A stretch of DNA of 55,877 bases, the filler included, from Thelocarpon superellum (taxonomy: Eukaryota), in the NCBI GenBank assembly GCA_026025795.1. It is 2 parts of 2 records of this genome, joined end to end, with 100 filler letters (N's around TTAATTAATTAA, not from the genome) between each part and the next. Parts side by side here need not be neighbours in the genome. Positions count along the whole stretch, not along the records: positions 1 to 27,917 come from JAPEUG010000239.1; 1 more part is not named here. One strand, given 5' to 3'. Below are positions 1 to 10,624 of this stretch, piece after piece. How positions within the stretch are numbered: position 1 is the stretch's first letter; each line of letters begins with the position of its first letter. The translations under genes were made by a program, and so were the position numbers. The notes beneath the pieces were generated by a model, which worked only from the letters and a program-made list of their open reading frames with translations, was not told the DNA's origin and searched no databases.

Positions 1-225
1 CGCAGGGGGCAGATCCAGGCGGACCCGGATGATTCAGGTGCCAATGCTTGGCCAATGGCTCCGCCATTAAGATGACGCGGCTTGCACGATTTGCGATGTA
101 TTTCGAATGATAGATCAAGGACCATCTCTTCCAGACTGTGCACGTCTCGCTCGATACTCTCACTCTGATCTACCAGGCCCCCGAATAATCTCTTCCCTTC
201 TCTCCGCTGTGAGATTGCTTCCATC

Positions 226-1191
226 ATGGCCAGCTCCGAGACGACGACGACGACAACGAGATCGCAAGCGCCGCGGGCGTGGTTCGAGAGCCCCCTCGCG
301 CTGATCCCGACGCCCGGGATCCGGGCACCGGGCACGACGAACACGAACCATTCCGCCCTCATGATGGCGCAGGAGATGAGCTACGCGCACAACGGCATGT
401 TACGCGCGCTGAACAGCATCTGGCAACAAGCGCCCTTCATCCCTTCCCTCGCCGACGACCCCGTCGCCATCCCCGACTTCCTGCGGTACATTGGCTTCTT
501 CACCGGCTGGCTCGACGAGCATCACCACGCCGAGGAAGAGTATTTCTTCCCGCAGGTGGAGCGGCTGACGGGGGTTGAGGGCTTCATGGAGGAGCTGGTG
601 ACGCAGCACCACAGCTTCACGCCCGGCCTGGAGCAGCTCAGAGAGTACGCGGCGGAGACGAAGCCTGAGGTGTACGACGGACGCACGGTCCGCGCCATCG
701 TCGATGCCTTTGCCGAGCCGCTCCGGAAGCACCTGGTGGAGGAGGTGCAGATCTTGCTGGGCTTGGAGAAATATGACGGGCCGACTGGGCCGAACTTGAA
801 GAAGATTTACGCTGTCGTCGACGCCAAGATGCGCAGCGGGAGTAAAGTGAGTGAGCGTCGGCACAACCGTAGATTTGAGACATGGCGATTTCTTCATTGC
901 TTGCTAACGCCTGGCCGCAATGCGGTCAATAGGACGTCCTCTATCCCATGGTCGCTACTTCCTCGGATACCACCTACGAGGGGGGAAACGACTGGCCCCC
1001 GGCTCCCTCGTTTGTCTGGTGGATGGGTAACGCCATGGAGATGTCCAAGCAGGTGAAGTTCATGGGAGGGCTGACGCGCAACAGTACATCTGTGGTATGC
1101 CCCTAAACACGCCAATGTCTGGAAATATGCGCCATGCACCACCTTTCGACAACCACAGGCTATCAGATACCCCGGGCCGCAAGCAGAATAA
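226..1191 (+). CDS. Hemerythrin/HHE cation-binding domain protein (3 exons)
   Basis: Motifs HNGMLR, HHHAEEE, QHH and HLVEE. Introns ~847-932 (GTGAGT..GCTAAC..TAG) and ~1027-1084 (GTAACG..GCTGAC..CAG) give the C-terminus ...HANVWKYAPCTTFRQPQAIRYPGPQAE-stop. Confidence 0.85.
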
Positions 1192-1255
1192 AGACGGCAC
1201 CCCAGATTCCGAAATGCAAGACGACCTCACCATCGGCCCTACCTGATCCGAGCAT

Positions 1256-2593
1256 TTATGACGACGAATTCAACGGTGTTCGTACTCCGAACGGGATATC
1301 CGCAGTCGTGAAGTTGCCTATGATTTTCCAGTGTCTCCCATCTTCGTCGCTCTCACCTCGGCCAAACGTGTCGCCAGGCTTGCCACATTGAAGGAGAGCA
1401 ATGAGGAATCTATGTTGTTTGAATTTCCACCGTCAGCGTGTTCTCGACTTCTTGGAGCGGAGCTCATGCCGCCATACCCGCCATAGATATCCGTGTAGTC
1501 AATTCCGTTCTGATCAAGGTTACTAATCGTGAATGTCGCTAGGCATGTGCCATGAAGGGAAGTCTGCGGTGCAGCCGGAATGTCCTGAGGCGGCGGCCGC
1601 GCTTCTTCGGTCTCCGCCCAGTGAGCGTGGGTAAGGTCGGCAAGACCGCCTTGAGATCCTGTCCCTGTGGGGTCCCAGTCGCCAGAGGTCATGTTGAGCA
1701 TCACGTTCGTCACGGCCTGGTAGCAGGCTGCGAAGGTCGCCGGGCCGGCGGGCGAAGATCCATTGTTAACGTAGCCATACGTCGCATTCCCTTCCTGCAC
1801 CGTCCCGTCTGTCGCATCTCGATTGACCTTGTTGCAGGTGGCCTGGTACTCTGCCGGATCGACCTGGAGTTTCGCGAGCGGCTGGCTACTCAACGACGGA
1901 GGAATGTCATTCTGGGCGAATCCCCCCGTGACCTTCCATGTGCCAAAGGCGTTCTTGATATCCGTAGCCTGAGACTTGCCAAATTTGGTCCCGTGCGGCG
2001 CCTGACATTTCGTCAGCTGCGTGCTGAATCTGTGTCACCAGTCACTGTTAGCATGGCTCGACATGTTTCCACCACCTGCAGCGCCGCCGCCGCCGCCACC
2101 ATCCCGGTGTCCAGAACGACGATGACGAGCGTGCGTCTGCCTCCTCGCCCCCAACGAGTGTTACCTACCCGAGAAACAGATCGTAAGGGTAGATATAAGT
2201 GACGTGCGAGAGGTTGGAGTTCGCCGTAAAGGTAGCCAGGCACGTTGCGCTCTGGCTGGGGTCGCCCTTTTCGTTCTGAGCGTAGGCGGAGCCGGCATCG
2301 AGCTGGAGCAGGTTGCCGACCGACGTGCGGTCCATCGACCAATTGTCGCCCGCCATCGCCTTCACTACGTTCTGCACCGCCGTGACGCAGCTTGAATGCG
2401 TCACTCCGCCCAAAGACAGCGGGGGCGACGTGTCCCCCTGGAGGCACTGGATATTGTATTGAGCCTGGTCCGCCTCTAGCGAGCGGGCCACAGGGCGGCG
2501 CGCTACATGGTGATGAGCTGCATGGTGATGAGCTGTCGCCAGCGCGAGGAGGCCGGCGAAGATGGCAACGTGTCCCACGCCCGGAGCCAACAT
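1256..2593 (-). CDS. Novel secreted protein with two tandem Cys-containing domains (3 exons)
   Basis: Signal peptide MLAPGVGHVAIFAGLLALATA, then a His-rich pro-region ending in RR/R. Introns at ~2030-2168 and ~1411-1477 join ORFs 2165-2593 and 1318-1893 and a last exon ending ..VRTPLNSSS-stop. Internal repeat TCLATFT occurs twice. Confidence 0.75.
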
Positions 2594-3141
2594 GACGACG
2601 TGAAGGTGACGGTGAAGGAGCAGAAGACGCGGCTGACCATGGGCCAGTCGACGGACGGATTCATGTTGCAGTTATAAACTGAGCTCGGCCTTGCTCGTGT
2701 GGTATACCATGAAAGTTCCGCATTGCTGTCGGACTAAACATAGGGCATAAACGAAACAAGGAGACTATGGCATGATGAGTGAGGCGGTCGAAATGGCACT
2801 GAACAGGATGACTGCACCGGTCAATGTCAAGCATGACGGGCAATGAGCCACGCGTTATGCGGAATTCAGAGGCAGGCCATGAGAGTGACGTGACGACGCC
2901 GCGTTGATTCCAAGGCGACTTCTTCGTTAAAAAGATAAGACGTTTAACCTTTTCATATTAATAGTCAGAAAAATCGAAAAATCGAAAAATCGGAATATAT
3001 TAATAAATTGTACGTAGCGCCCAGAACGCCTCTTTACATGAAACGAGCCTGTCACAGTTCACGCTGTCACAATTCACCCCCTCCCTTCTTCCTCCTCCCT
3101 CGCCCCGTGGCATTAGTCACCGTGACGAGCAATGAGAAATC

Positions 3142-3880
3142 TCAGAGGCCTCGCAGACTGGCCGCCGCGATGAAGGCGTCCCGCTGCTCCCTCGCCCACT
3201 CCCGCGCGTTCCGAAATGCGCGGACGCCGTCTCGAAAGTCTTTGGCACTTCTTGTTGGAAGGAACGAGTCTAGTGGCATCATGACTACATGGAGAACTGA
3301 CCCGGGAATGCGCTCATCATCCGGCGAAGGCGCAAGATGAATGGTCAATAAGCGCAAGAGGCCGGCGCAGCTGTGGTACGTCGAGGTGATGGTGTACGCC
3401 TTCTGGTCGTAAATAGGACTGGAATCTGATGCGCCAAATCGCTGCATCGAGTGTATCCCACGCGCGCCCAACGTCCCGTCCTGCCACGCTTGTCATTCCG
3501 CCACCCTTACACTAACATACCTTCGGGACCCTTTACACCCACGAAGAAGTTCGGCACAACGGGAGCATAAACCCTTCGCGATGCGATGACGTAAGAATCC
3601 AGTTCTTCTTGCAGACGCTCTTGGATCTGCTGTGGATGTGCACCGTCGTAGAAGTCTGGTCTCGTGATAACCAGGGGCCCATCCGTCAACGTGGCCAGCT
3701 TATCAAAGGCCAAATCCTGCTTACATCGCACGTTGACGTGACCCACAATGGTCAAGAAAGGTGTGCCCATCACTTCGCCTTCCGCCGACGCCGTGTTGTT
3801 GCTCCGCACAAATGCCTTGAAAACCTTCTCTGCAAACGAATCCGGCGACAGAGAGGATCGGTGCTGTTGCAGTCGTTCCA
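3142..3880 (-). pseudogene. Degraded PD-(D/E)XK nuclease-like protein of a multicopy fungal family
   Basis: RPDFYDGA...PNFFVGVKGPEG, then a frameshift and in-frame TGA (VAE*QAWQDG), then LGARGIHSMQ..YDQKAYTITSTYH..FRDGVRAFRNAREWAREQRDAFI. The E of the ExK motif is replaced by G. Confidence 0.7.
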
Positions 3881-3929
3881 GGATGGCCTCCGCGGGTGAT
3901 GGTGAATTTGGGGCCGACGCCGCACCGAC

Positions 3930-4060
3930 GCTGGAGATGGTCGAGCGCGAGGGCATCGAGGCGTCGTGAGACCAGGGAGGCGCTGGCTACGTCCGTGGCG
4001 CAGTCGAGCCGGTCGAGGATGGCGACGATCAATTCGTCCGACATTCGATCGATGACCGCC
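3930..4060 (-). pseudogene. F-box-like fragment
   Basis: IDRMSDELIVAILDRLDCATDVASASLVSRRLDALA matches the F-box pattern (LPxEl..I...L...dl...s.VsRr). It is out of frame with the downstream nuclease-like remnant. Confidence 0.55.
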
Positions 4061-4374
4061 ATTACGAGTGGATTTGTGGAAAATGCAAGCACCTACTTCA
4101 TCTGATCACAAGTCTCAACATCGCATACGAGGACAAGTCTCGGTACGAAGTTGAGTGTGGCTTAGCTGTGGGATCGCCATGTACGAGTAAGCCCTGATGA
4201 ACCTCGGTGAGAATAAAATCTCGAATAAAATATTTGAGTTACGAATTTATTTAATTCCCGGTATATAATATTCGTTTCCGCCCAATGTACACCGCAACCC
4301 TTCCTTATGTTTTGGTTCCGAGGAAAACCATTATGCTTGGCACCCTCGTGGATCGTCCTGGGCGAACGATGGGG

Positions 4375-5537
4375 TCAGTCTTCCATCGGCTGTCGACAAA
4401 CACGCTGCGGAGAGTGCCCACCTAGTCGCTTGGCCAAGGCCTGGGACGTCACGACACCCCCGACGAGGGAGGTGAGCGGGAGAATACCACTAGTGGCGCA
4501 GGTGCTGAGGAGGTAGTCGATGGCCTCTCGAACTAGTCCCGAAGGGACCGACGTCTGATCGGGCGCGACGACGGTCACGTTGCAGCCTGAGGCCACGCCA
4601 TCATCGCCCTGACTAAATGAGTCGAACTGGGCCAAGGAAATGGAAGAATCGTCGAATGGCAAGGTAGATTTGAGACGCTCACACGCCGCCAGTGACGGGG
4701 TGCCATACTGCGCGGCATCGCAGGAGTGACCGGACGAAGGAATGTCCGGCACGCGGTGGCTAACCCAAGTCGTACCTTGTCGCTTCATCTCGAGAACTTT
4801 GAGACTGAGATCTTGCATGACCCGTCTCAGTTTCTTTGGTCGCATCTGATGGACGGTTAGCCTGGCCACGCGGGACTTGACCAGATCCAAGAAGGCTGGG
4901 TTGGTCATGGCAAAATCGTAATCCTTCTTCTCCCTCGTCGTCGCGGTGATGCCCACAAGGGGCAGGCCGGGTTCTAGGTGGATATGTCAGCAGATGATGC
5001 GGTCGGGAGGAATGAGGCGAACCTCCGAGTTGATCCGCGTGTTGTACAGCTCTGCCAAGGCCCAAGGTGGTGAAGCCTCCGACGGCCCCTTGAGTGGCAC
5101 ATTTATACGCCAGCACGCCCGTGGCGTTTCGCACGGCCTCTGGAATCAACCACGGGTCCCCGAGCGCCTGCCGCCCAATGATTCTCCACGTAACATACAC
5201 CAGTCCGTCTCCTGTCAGTCGGTCTCAGCGCTGCCTCACCACCGGATGCGTTGCAAAGGCAATACCGGGTCTTACTGGATGCCCACTCTCGTGGAAGCGG
5301 ATAGGGAAGGGGCCTGACGTGGCCAGCCGGTAGCATCGACGCCGCTTCCAAGACCTGTCGTTTCCGCACGGGTGTTCCAAAGAGGTTCCCATCGCAGATC
5401 AGCATCTCGGAAGGATCAGGTTCCATCTCCGGAATCGGAAAGGAGAAGCTGGCCATGGCTGTAGGCAAGACCAGTAGGAGCAGCAGGACCCACAAGCCTG
5501 CGACGCGCCATCGTGCCCCGGACAGCTGGGGTGACAT
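4375..5537 (-). CDS. Secreted two-domain Cys protein of unknown function (possible Ecp2/KP4-like fold), at least 2 introns
   Basis: Hydrophobic leader ..VAGLWVLLLLLVLPTAMA. Domain 1: CDGNLFGTP...LP...VRNATGVLAYKCATQGAVGG. Domain 2: CDAAQYGTP...LP...VREAIDYLLSTCATSG..VGG. First intron GTAAGA..CTGACAG at ~5274-5212; boundaries of the second intron are approximate. Confidence 0.6.
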
Positions 5538-6264
5538 AGCCAGTACGCATAGAAGGTGGTCAGCGGTGGGGAGAAGGCCGGACACAAAATCTCCGCCCGT
5601 GCCCGGCGCGGGCCTCTGCATTTCTGTCCACGACGTGGAACGCGTGCTCGACGGGAACGACGAGATAAGGCGTGGGCACGAGCTCGAAATGTGCAGGATG
5701 ATGTGCACCGTGGACATGCAGCATGGGAGGGCAGCGGTCTGCGATAACCCACCTATGTCATTGCCCAAATGGGCAACAGGCAGCAAAAGAACGCAAGGTT
5801 TGACCTGGCCTATAGCTCGCTTGCCGCACGGCAGATCAACGCGATCTGTCAAGTGCCGTGAGCAGATCGGGTCCATTCCGGATGGGATCTTTCGGCCAGG
5901 ACAGACGGACCCTAGAGATCTCCTCACTCCTCGCCTGGACCGGGGCGAAGAAGAGAAACGAATGCATTGATCTCTACGGTGAGGGATATGCGATGAGCGT
6001 ACGATGGTGGCATGACTGGAGCGGCCGATCGAGCGCTCCAAGTAAGTAAAAATCCATCATCGTTGCTGGGACCTTGAGGATCCTCTCGCTGGACCGTCTC
6101 CAGTGCCTCGCTAAAGTGGCCCACTGGACGAATCGCACAGGAGTCCGTCACATGTTCAGCGCGTGTCCGTGATAGATGTTCGCAGCTGGGTGTCCGGCGT
6201 TGACTGCTGTTGTGGCTACGACTACTATTTAAACTCGGCTTGGGTCTGCCCATACTGAGGTAAT

Positions 6265-6397
6265 TGTAGGGAGCTGATACAGACAGGCATTTTGGTAATA
6301 ACTGCCCGCACCATTTGGCGCTAGCGACCTGAGGCGTAATTAGAGCTCTAGGCATGCTTAACCGAATGTGTAAATGGAGCCTTTGCCTATTCCTACA
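6265..6397. mobile_element. Short solo-LTR-like remnant (TGTAGG...CCTACA)
   Basis: 6-bp terminal inverted repeat. Its minus-strand start TGTAGGAAT equals the start of the elements at 13275 and 27581. No target-site duplication (TSD). Confidence 0.4.
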
Positions 6398-6434
6398 GCC
6401 TAGTAGGCTGGAGGAATAGGAGAAGTCACGTCGC

Positions 6435-6525
6435 TGTTACTGTCGTACCACGTGACCTCGTGTTCCATTTCGCGAGCCTCGCAGCAGCAAGCACAGCTCC
6501 AGCGTTCAACGCGAGTACTATGACA
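6435..6525 (+). mobile_element. Diverged or truncated relative of LTR family A
   Basis: TGTTA...TGACA ends, a CACGTGAC box, and AGCAAGCACAGCTCCAGCGTTCAACGCGAGTA aligning to family A AGCTAGCAGAGCCCCAGCGTTCAACTCGAGTA. Confidence 0.55.
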
Positions 6526-6908
6526 GAGTCAGAAATAGATCTTGAAATGCTATTGCACTACAATTTCGTAGCCAATCGACGACGTCTACAGATTCCGCGT
6601 AGCTGTCCGCTTTCTCGTCACAGGTGGAGAGTTCAATGAGAAGAATAGATGGTACAACCAAGGGCACGATTAACCATAATTCCAGACCATACGTGGGTAT
6701 TGATGGAGCCAAAAAGGGTTCAAGCATATGAACATGGAGCACCTCCTGAAAAGTTTGTGATAAGCCGTGCCACCACAGTCACTCCATCCTCCAATGAGGC
6801 CGTCCGCCACTGTTGTTACCTCCATCAAGAGACGAAGTAACGGCTTTCTGTGACGCTTTGCCGGCAAGCTCTAGGAGATGCACTTTCCGGTACAGCCGTG
6901 CCGGAGAA

Positions 6909-7520
6909 TCAACTCGGCCAGAGGCTCGACAGCCACGAGAGCCACGAGAGCCACGAGCGCCGGAGAAGTCGGATCACTTCATCAAGGTCCTCTTTTGGCG
7001 GATAGGTGGACCTATGTTTCGGAGCAGTCGACCCTCTGACTCGTGCTTCCGCCCGCCGCTCCATCCCGTGGAGAACTCCCTCGACCCAATCCTTGGCCAG
7101 CTTTCCCGGAACCTTGGAGTCCTTGATCAACGGATCGGCTCCTCGGTTCAGCAATAACTTGACCATTCCCACGTCGCCTCGAACAGCAGCCTCGTGCAAA
7201 GGAGTCCCGAGTCCCAGAAAGGCTCCTGCTCAGCCGTCGGCTCATTTACATTCCGGCCGTGATCAAGGAAGACTTGAAGTATGGTGGGTGATCCGTTGCG
7301 AACCGCCCCGGCGACATCGTGGACCCTGATCTGCGTGCCACGGTCCAGGAGATATGTCATCACTGGCAACTGGCGCTTGTCCACAGCAGCGTTTAGGGCA
7401 CGATAGAGAAACTCGGTCACAATGTGTCCCGTATCTGAGTGCGGTTGTTGGGCGGATATATACAGGCAGTACAGAGCATGGACCTCATCCACATCGCCCT
7501 CAGCGCTGGCTTCCTCCTGG
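6909..7520 (-). pseudogene. Ankyrin-repeat protein remnant
   Basis: AAVDKRQLPVMTYLLDRG, GAVRNGSPTILQVFLDHGRNVN and, after a frameshift near 7215, GTPLHEAAVRGDVGMVKLLLNRGADPLIKD. No clean start codon. Confidence 0.7.
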
Positions 7521-7865
7521 CTCCGACCTGCGCGTCGCTTACGGCTGGGGGTTCAACAGGGGTAGGCTGGGGGCCCAAGAGGATCGTCATCTTATCATTA
7601 ACCATCATGTGTGACCTTTTCGTGTATGGAGGTCGACTTGACGCCGCACAGCGGCGAGACGGATGAACCGAGTCAGCTATGTCCCTGTGCCTGCCCAACG
7701 CCAACGACCATTTCGGCATTGCCCGCAACTACGGCAGGCAGCGCAGTTGCGGCTGGGGATTTGTTCTGTCACGACAGACCACGCTCGTCAAGAAGGCGAC
7801 CCCCTCCGGCCATTCGAGGCGACGCGCTCTGGCACCACCGACACTGCGCAGTACAGATCGCGACG

Positions 7866-8381
7866 ATGGAGCATCAGTCCCCTAGTCTGCTGGCGAGGGC
7901 GACACCGGATGGAGAGGCGGCTGTCGTGACCACGGACGATGTCCGCTTCGAGGTCCTTGACCCGGACGGCACGCAATGCATTGGCACTGCCAATCTCGGC
8001 GGCTGCTTGGTGGCCATGATCGTATCTTGGCAGGCTGTCATTCCGGCTCACATTGCAACATTGCCTCGCCTAGTTTCCTCCAATCCTGATGCCGGCGATG
8101 CACCTGTTCAACAATACATGGACCAGGTCCTCACGCTCTACTATCAATACGCCCCCTCCTTTGCACCCCATTAGAGCATTGGAGTCGTCAGTGCATGGCT
8201 CTTTGATGCAGTGGGCGTGCCTGGACAAAGAGACATGGTCGAGAGAAACATGCGGCTCATAGGCCTGTCACCAGCCAGATATCGCTTCCAAGTTGGACCT
8301 ATGGTAGACTGTCCCGGTCGGGGTGCAGTCTTCGTGGACGGTCGAGGACAAAGTGTCGATATGTTAAGGATGAGCTCGTAG
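7866..8381 (+). pseudogene. CNF1/CheD-like Cys-His deamidase-motif protein interrupted by an in-frame TAG
   Basis: IGTANLGGCLVAMIVSWQAVIPAHI motif. TAG at 8172-8174 is followed by 68 more open codons (..VPGQRDMVERNMRLIGL...PGRGAVFVDGRG). Confidence 0.55.
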
Positions 8382-8701
8382 ACTCAACATCGAGATGATC
8401 CCGGCTGCTCCATCCGTACGTCCTCCATTTCGCTGCGTATCTCTCAAAGGGGCCTGACGTTCATGGCTAGATACATCAACACACGCAAGTATCGGGGCGG
8501 ATAGGGGAGACGACCGGGACGGCTTCGGAAAGGCAGAAGTACGGGAGCGCAGACGCATGTGTGCTTCACGCTCTCTCCTTGGGCACCACGGCCACATCGG
8601 CTACGGAGGGTCATCCTGTATCGCCACAACATCTTCATCGCTTTATGGCTTCATCGCTTCATTATTTCTCCTCCTCCCGGCCTTGGCCCGCCAGCCATCG
8701 A

Positions 8702-9279
8702 TCAGAAGGGTCCAACTTGGCTGCCATAATGTCCGAAGCAGACCAAGAAGCCGTTGCTGTTACCGAGCACCCCATCTTTTAGACGTTAGTGATTAGCATC
8801 AGCCAACGCGATCGAGAGAGACAAGGCCGAAGAAAGAAGGACGAAGGAAGAAGAAAGCACGGGGAAGGGCATGCGGATGAGCATACTTAAGTCGATGCTT
8901 GTTTCGCCCGAGCCTCCGTTCTCGTTTCGGCAGCTGCACGACAAGGTCGTCCCAGACACGCCGCATCCGGAACAACTGCCAGCAAAGCCTCCACTAAGAA
9001 GACATGCCATTAGCCCACGAAAGATTCGGAAACTTGCCATCGAATCCCTTACTTGTTCGCTGCTGCTAGCCGACCTCCATAATTCGCAATGCAGAGGTTC
9101 ATGTCCTCGGTCGTCAATATAACTTGACCATCGCTTTGATAGCATGCCACAGAGTAATAGTGGTTGTCATTCAGAGTAGTGCCCTGAAGAATACAGGAAG
9201 CGCCGTAATCAGTGGCGAGGACTCGGCGAGCGAAGACGGACAAGACCACAGAGGTCAGGAAAAATGTCAAGCGAGCCAT
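8702..9279 (-). CDS. Secreted cyanovirin-N homologue (CVNH) lectin-like protein (3 exons)
   Basis: Signal peptide followed by DYGASC...EDMNLCIANYGGRLAAAN|NGGFAGSCSGC...LSCSC...TSIDL|NGVLGNSNGFLVCFGH. Introns 8994-9052 and ~8776-8886 have canonical ends. Confidence 0.88.
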
Positions 9280-10624
9280 GTTAACGGCAGAGTATGTTCA
9301 CTCTTAGAGATGTCGGTCGGTTCAAGCCACGAGTAATCCAGTTCAAGGTGAAGCCCGCCGCTTTTTATACCAGGAGAGAGTCCTTCCTTTCGACTCTCGT
9401 TTGCCGTGGTTCTTGGACTTGCATGGGACCGATCCCACATTGAGCGTCTCCTGCACGTAAGACTGTGCCGTAGTAGTCCCCGCGGAGGTTGCTGTCTTTG
9501 GTGGCCACGACGCCTGTCGCTACTCCTGACATGGCGATGTTGCGGGGCCTTCCAAGCCGTCCCGCATGGCTGGTTCATGGAAACCGTGGCGGCGGCCGTG
9601 GCCAGAGAGTGGAGAGGCCTTGCCTGTAATTAGTCTTGATTCTTTCAGGCATGGACTGAAGCTGAAAATCTCGGGACTTGTCTTCGACAGGCCCCGCACT
9701 TGAGAGAAAAGGAAAAAGCGGGAGAAGGATGACGTGGGACCTAAAAAGATGACAGCAGATCCCACGACAACGATCCCACGACAGGAAAGCTACGGCCGTC
9801 TGGCGATTGCAGGTGTTGCCGCCCGCCCCCAAAGTCTATCTGCGTATCATGCATTGTCAGTCACGATCGAAATTTATCTGAGCCCGTCCCCGCTTCGTTG
9901 ACGTGGACGCAACAAGACAGTTCACGATGATGGCGATAAAGGCTCAGTGAGCAAGAAAGATGCAGGGTGATGTGGTACCTCGAGTGAGATGCTGTAGTAC
10001 AGCACCTCACTCTGCACGCACTCGCTCTCACTTCCTGGCAGGAAAGAGGTCGTGCAGAGACGGTCATCAGCGTTTGGCAGACGCAGCCGCCCGTAGGAGG
10101 AAGGGAGAAGCGGTTTCGTGACGGGGCGAGAGCCATTTGACGAGAGAACAGGTGCGCCTCAGAAGCTTGGTGGGCGTGTGAAACGTACTGTCGTGGAGCG
10201 TCTTCCCGGCCTCGACCTGATGCTCGAGCGAACGCGGGACTGCTACTAGCTGGCTGCATGTCCGCGACTGCATGTCCGTTCGAACCCGCCGTACTACTAC
10301 CGGGTAGGTTACAGTTAAACCTGCTACGGTTCGCTTGGGTGGCAGGCTGACTCTCCCGGTTGACGAGGCATCGGTAGGTGGCACGCTAAGTCATCAGTCT
10401 GTGGAGCCCGAAACACATCAAGCCAGCGGATGGGTCCAATTCCACGTCCAAGCAGGTCTTTAGGTCCCTAACATTAGTAAACCATATCAGTAATAGCGGT
10501 CGCAACGTGCAGGCAGCTACACGGGAGGGACGTGGACGAGTGGATGCGAATCAAGATTGGAAGCGATAGATATGCGATCGTAAGCACCACGAGGTCTACT
10601 TCCCCGCCTCAGCACCCCAGCGCC

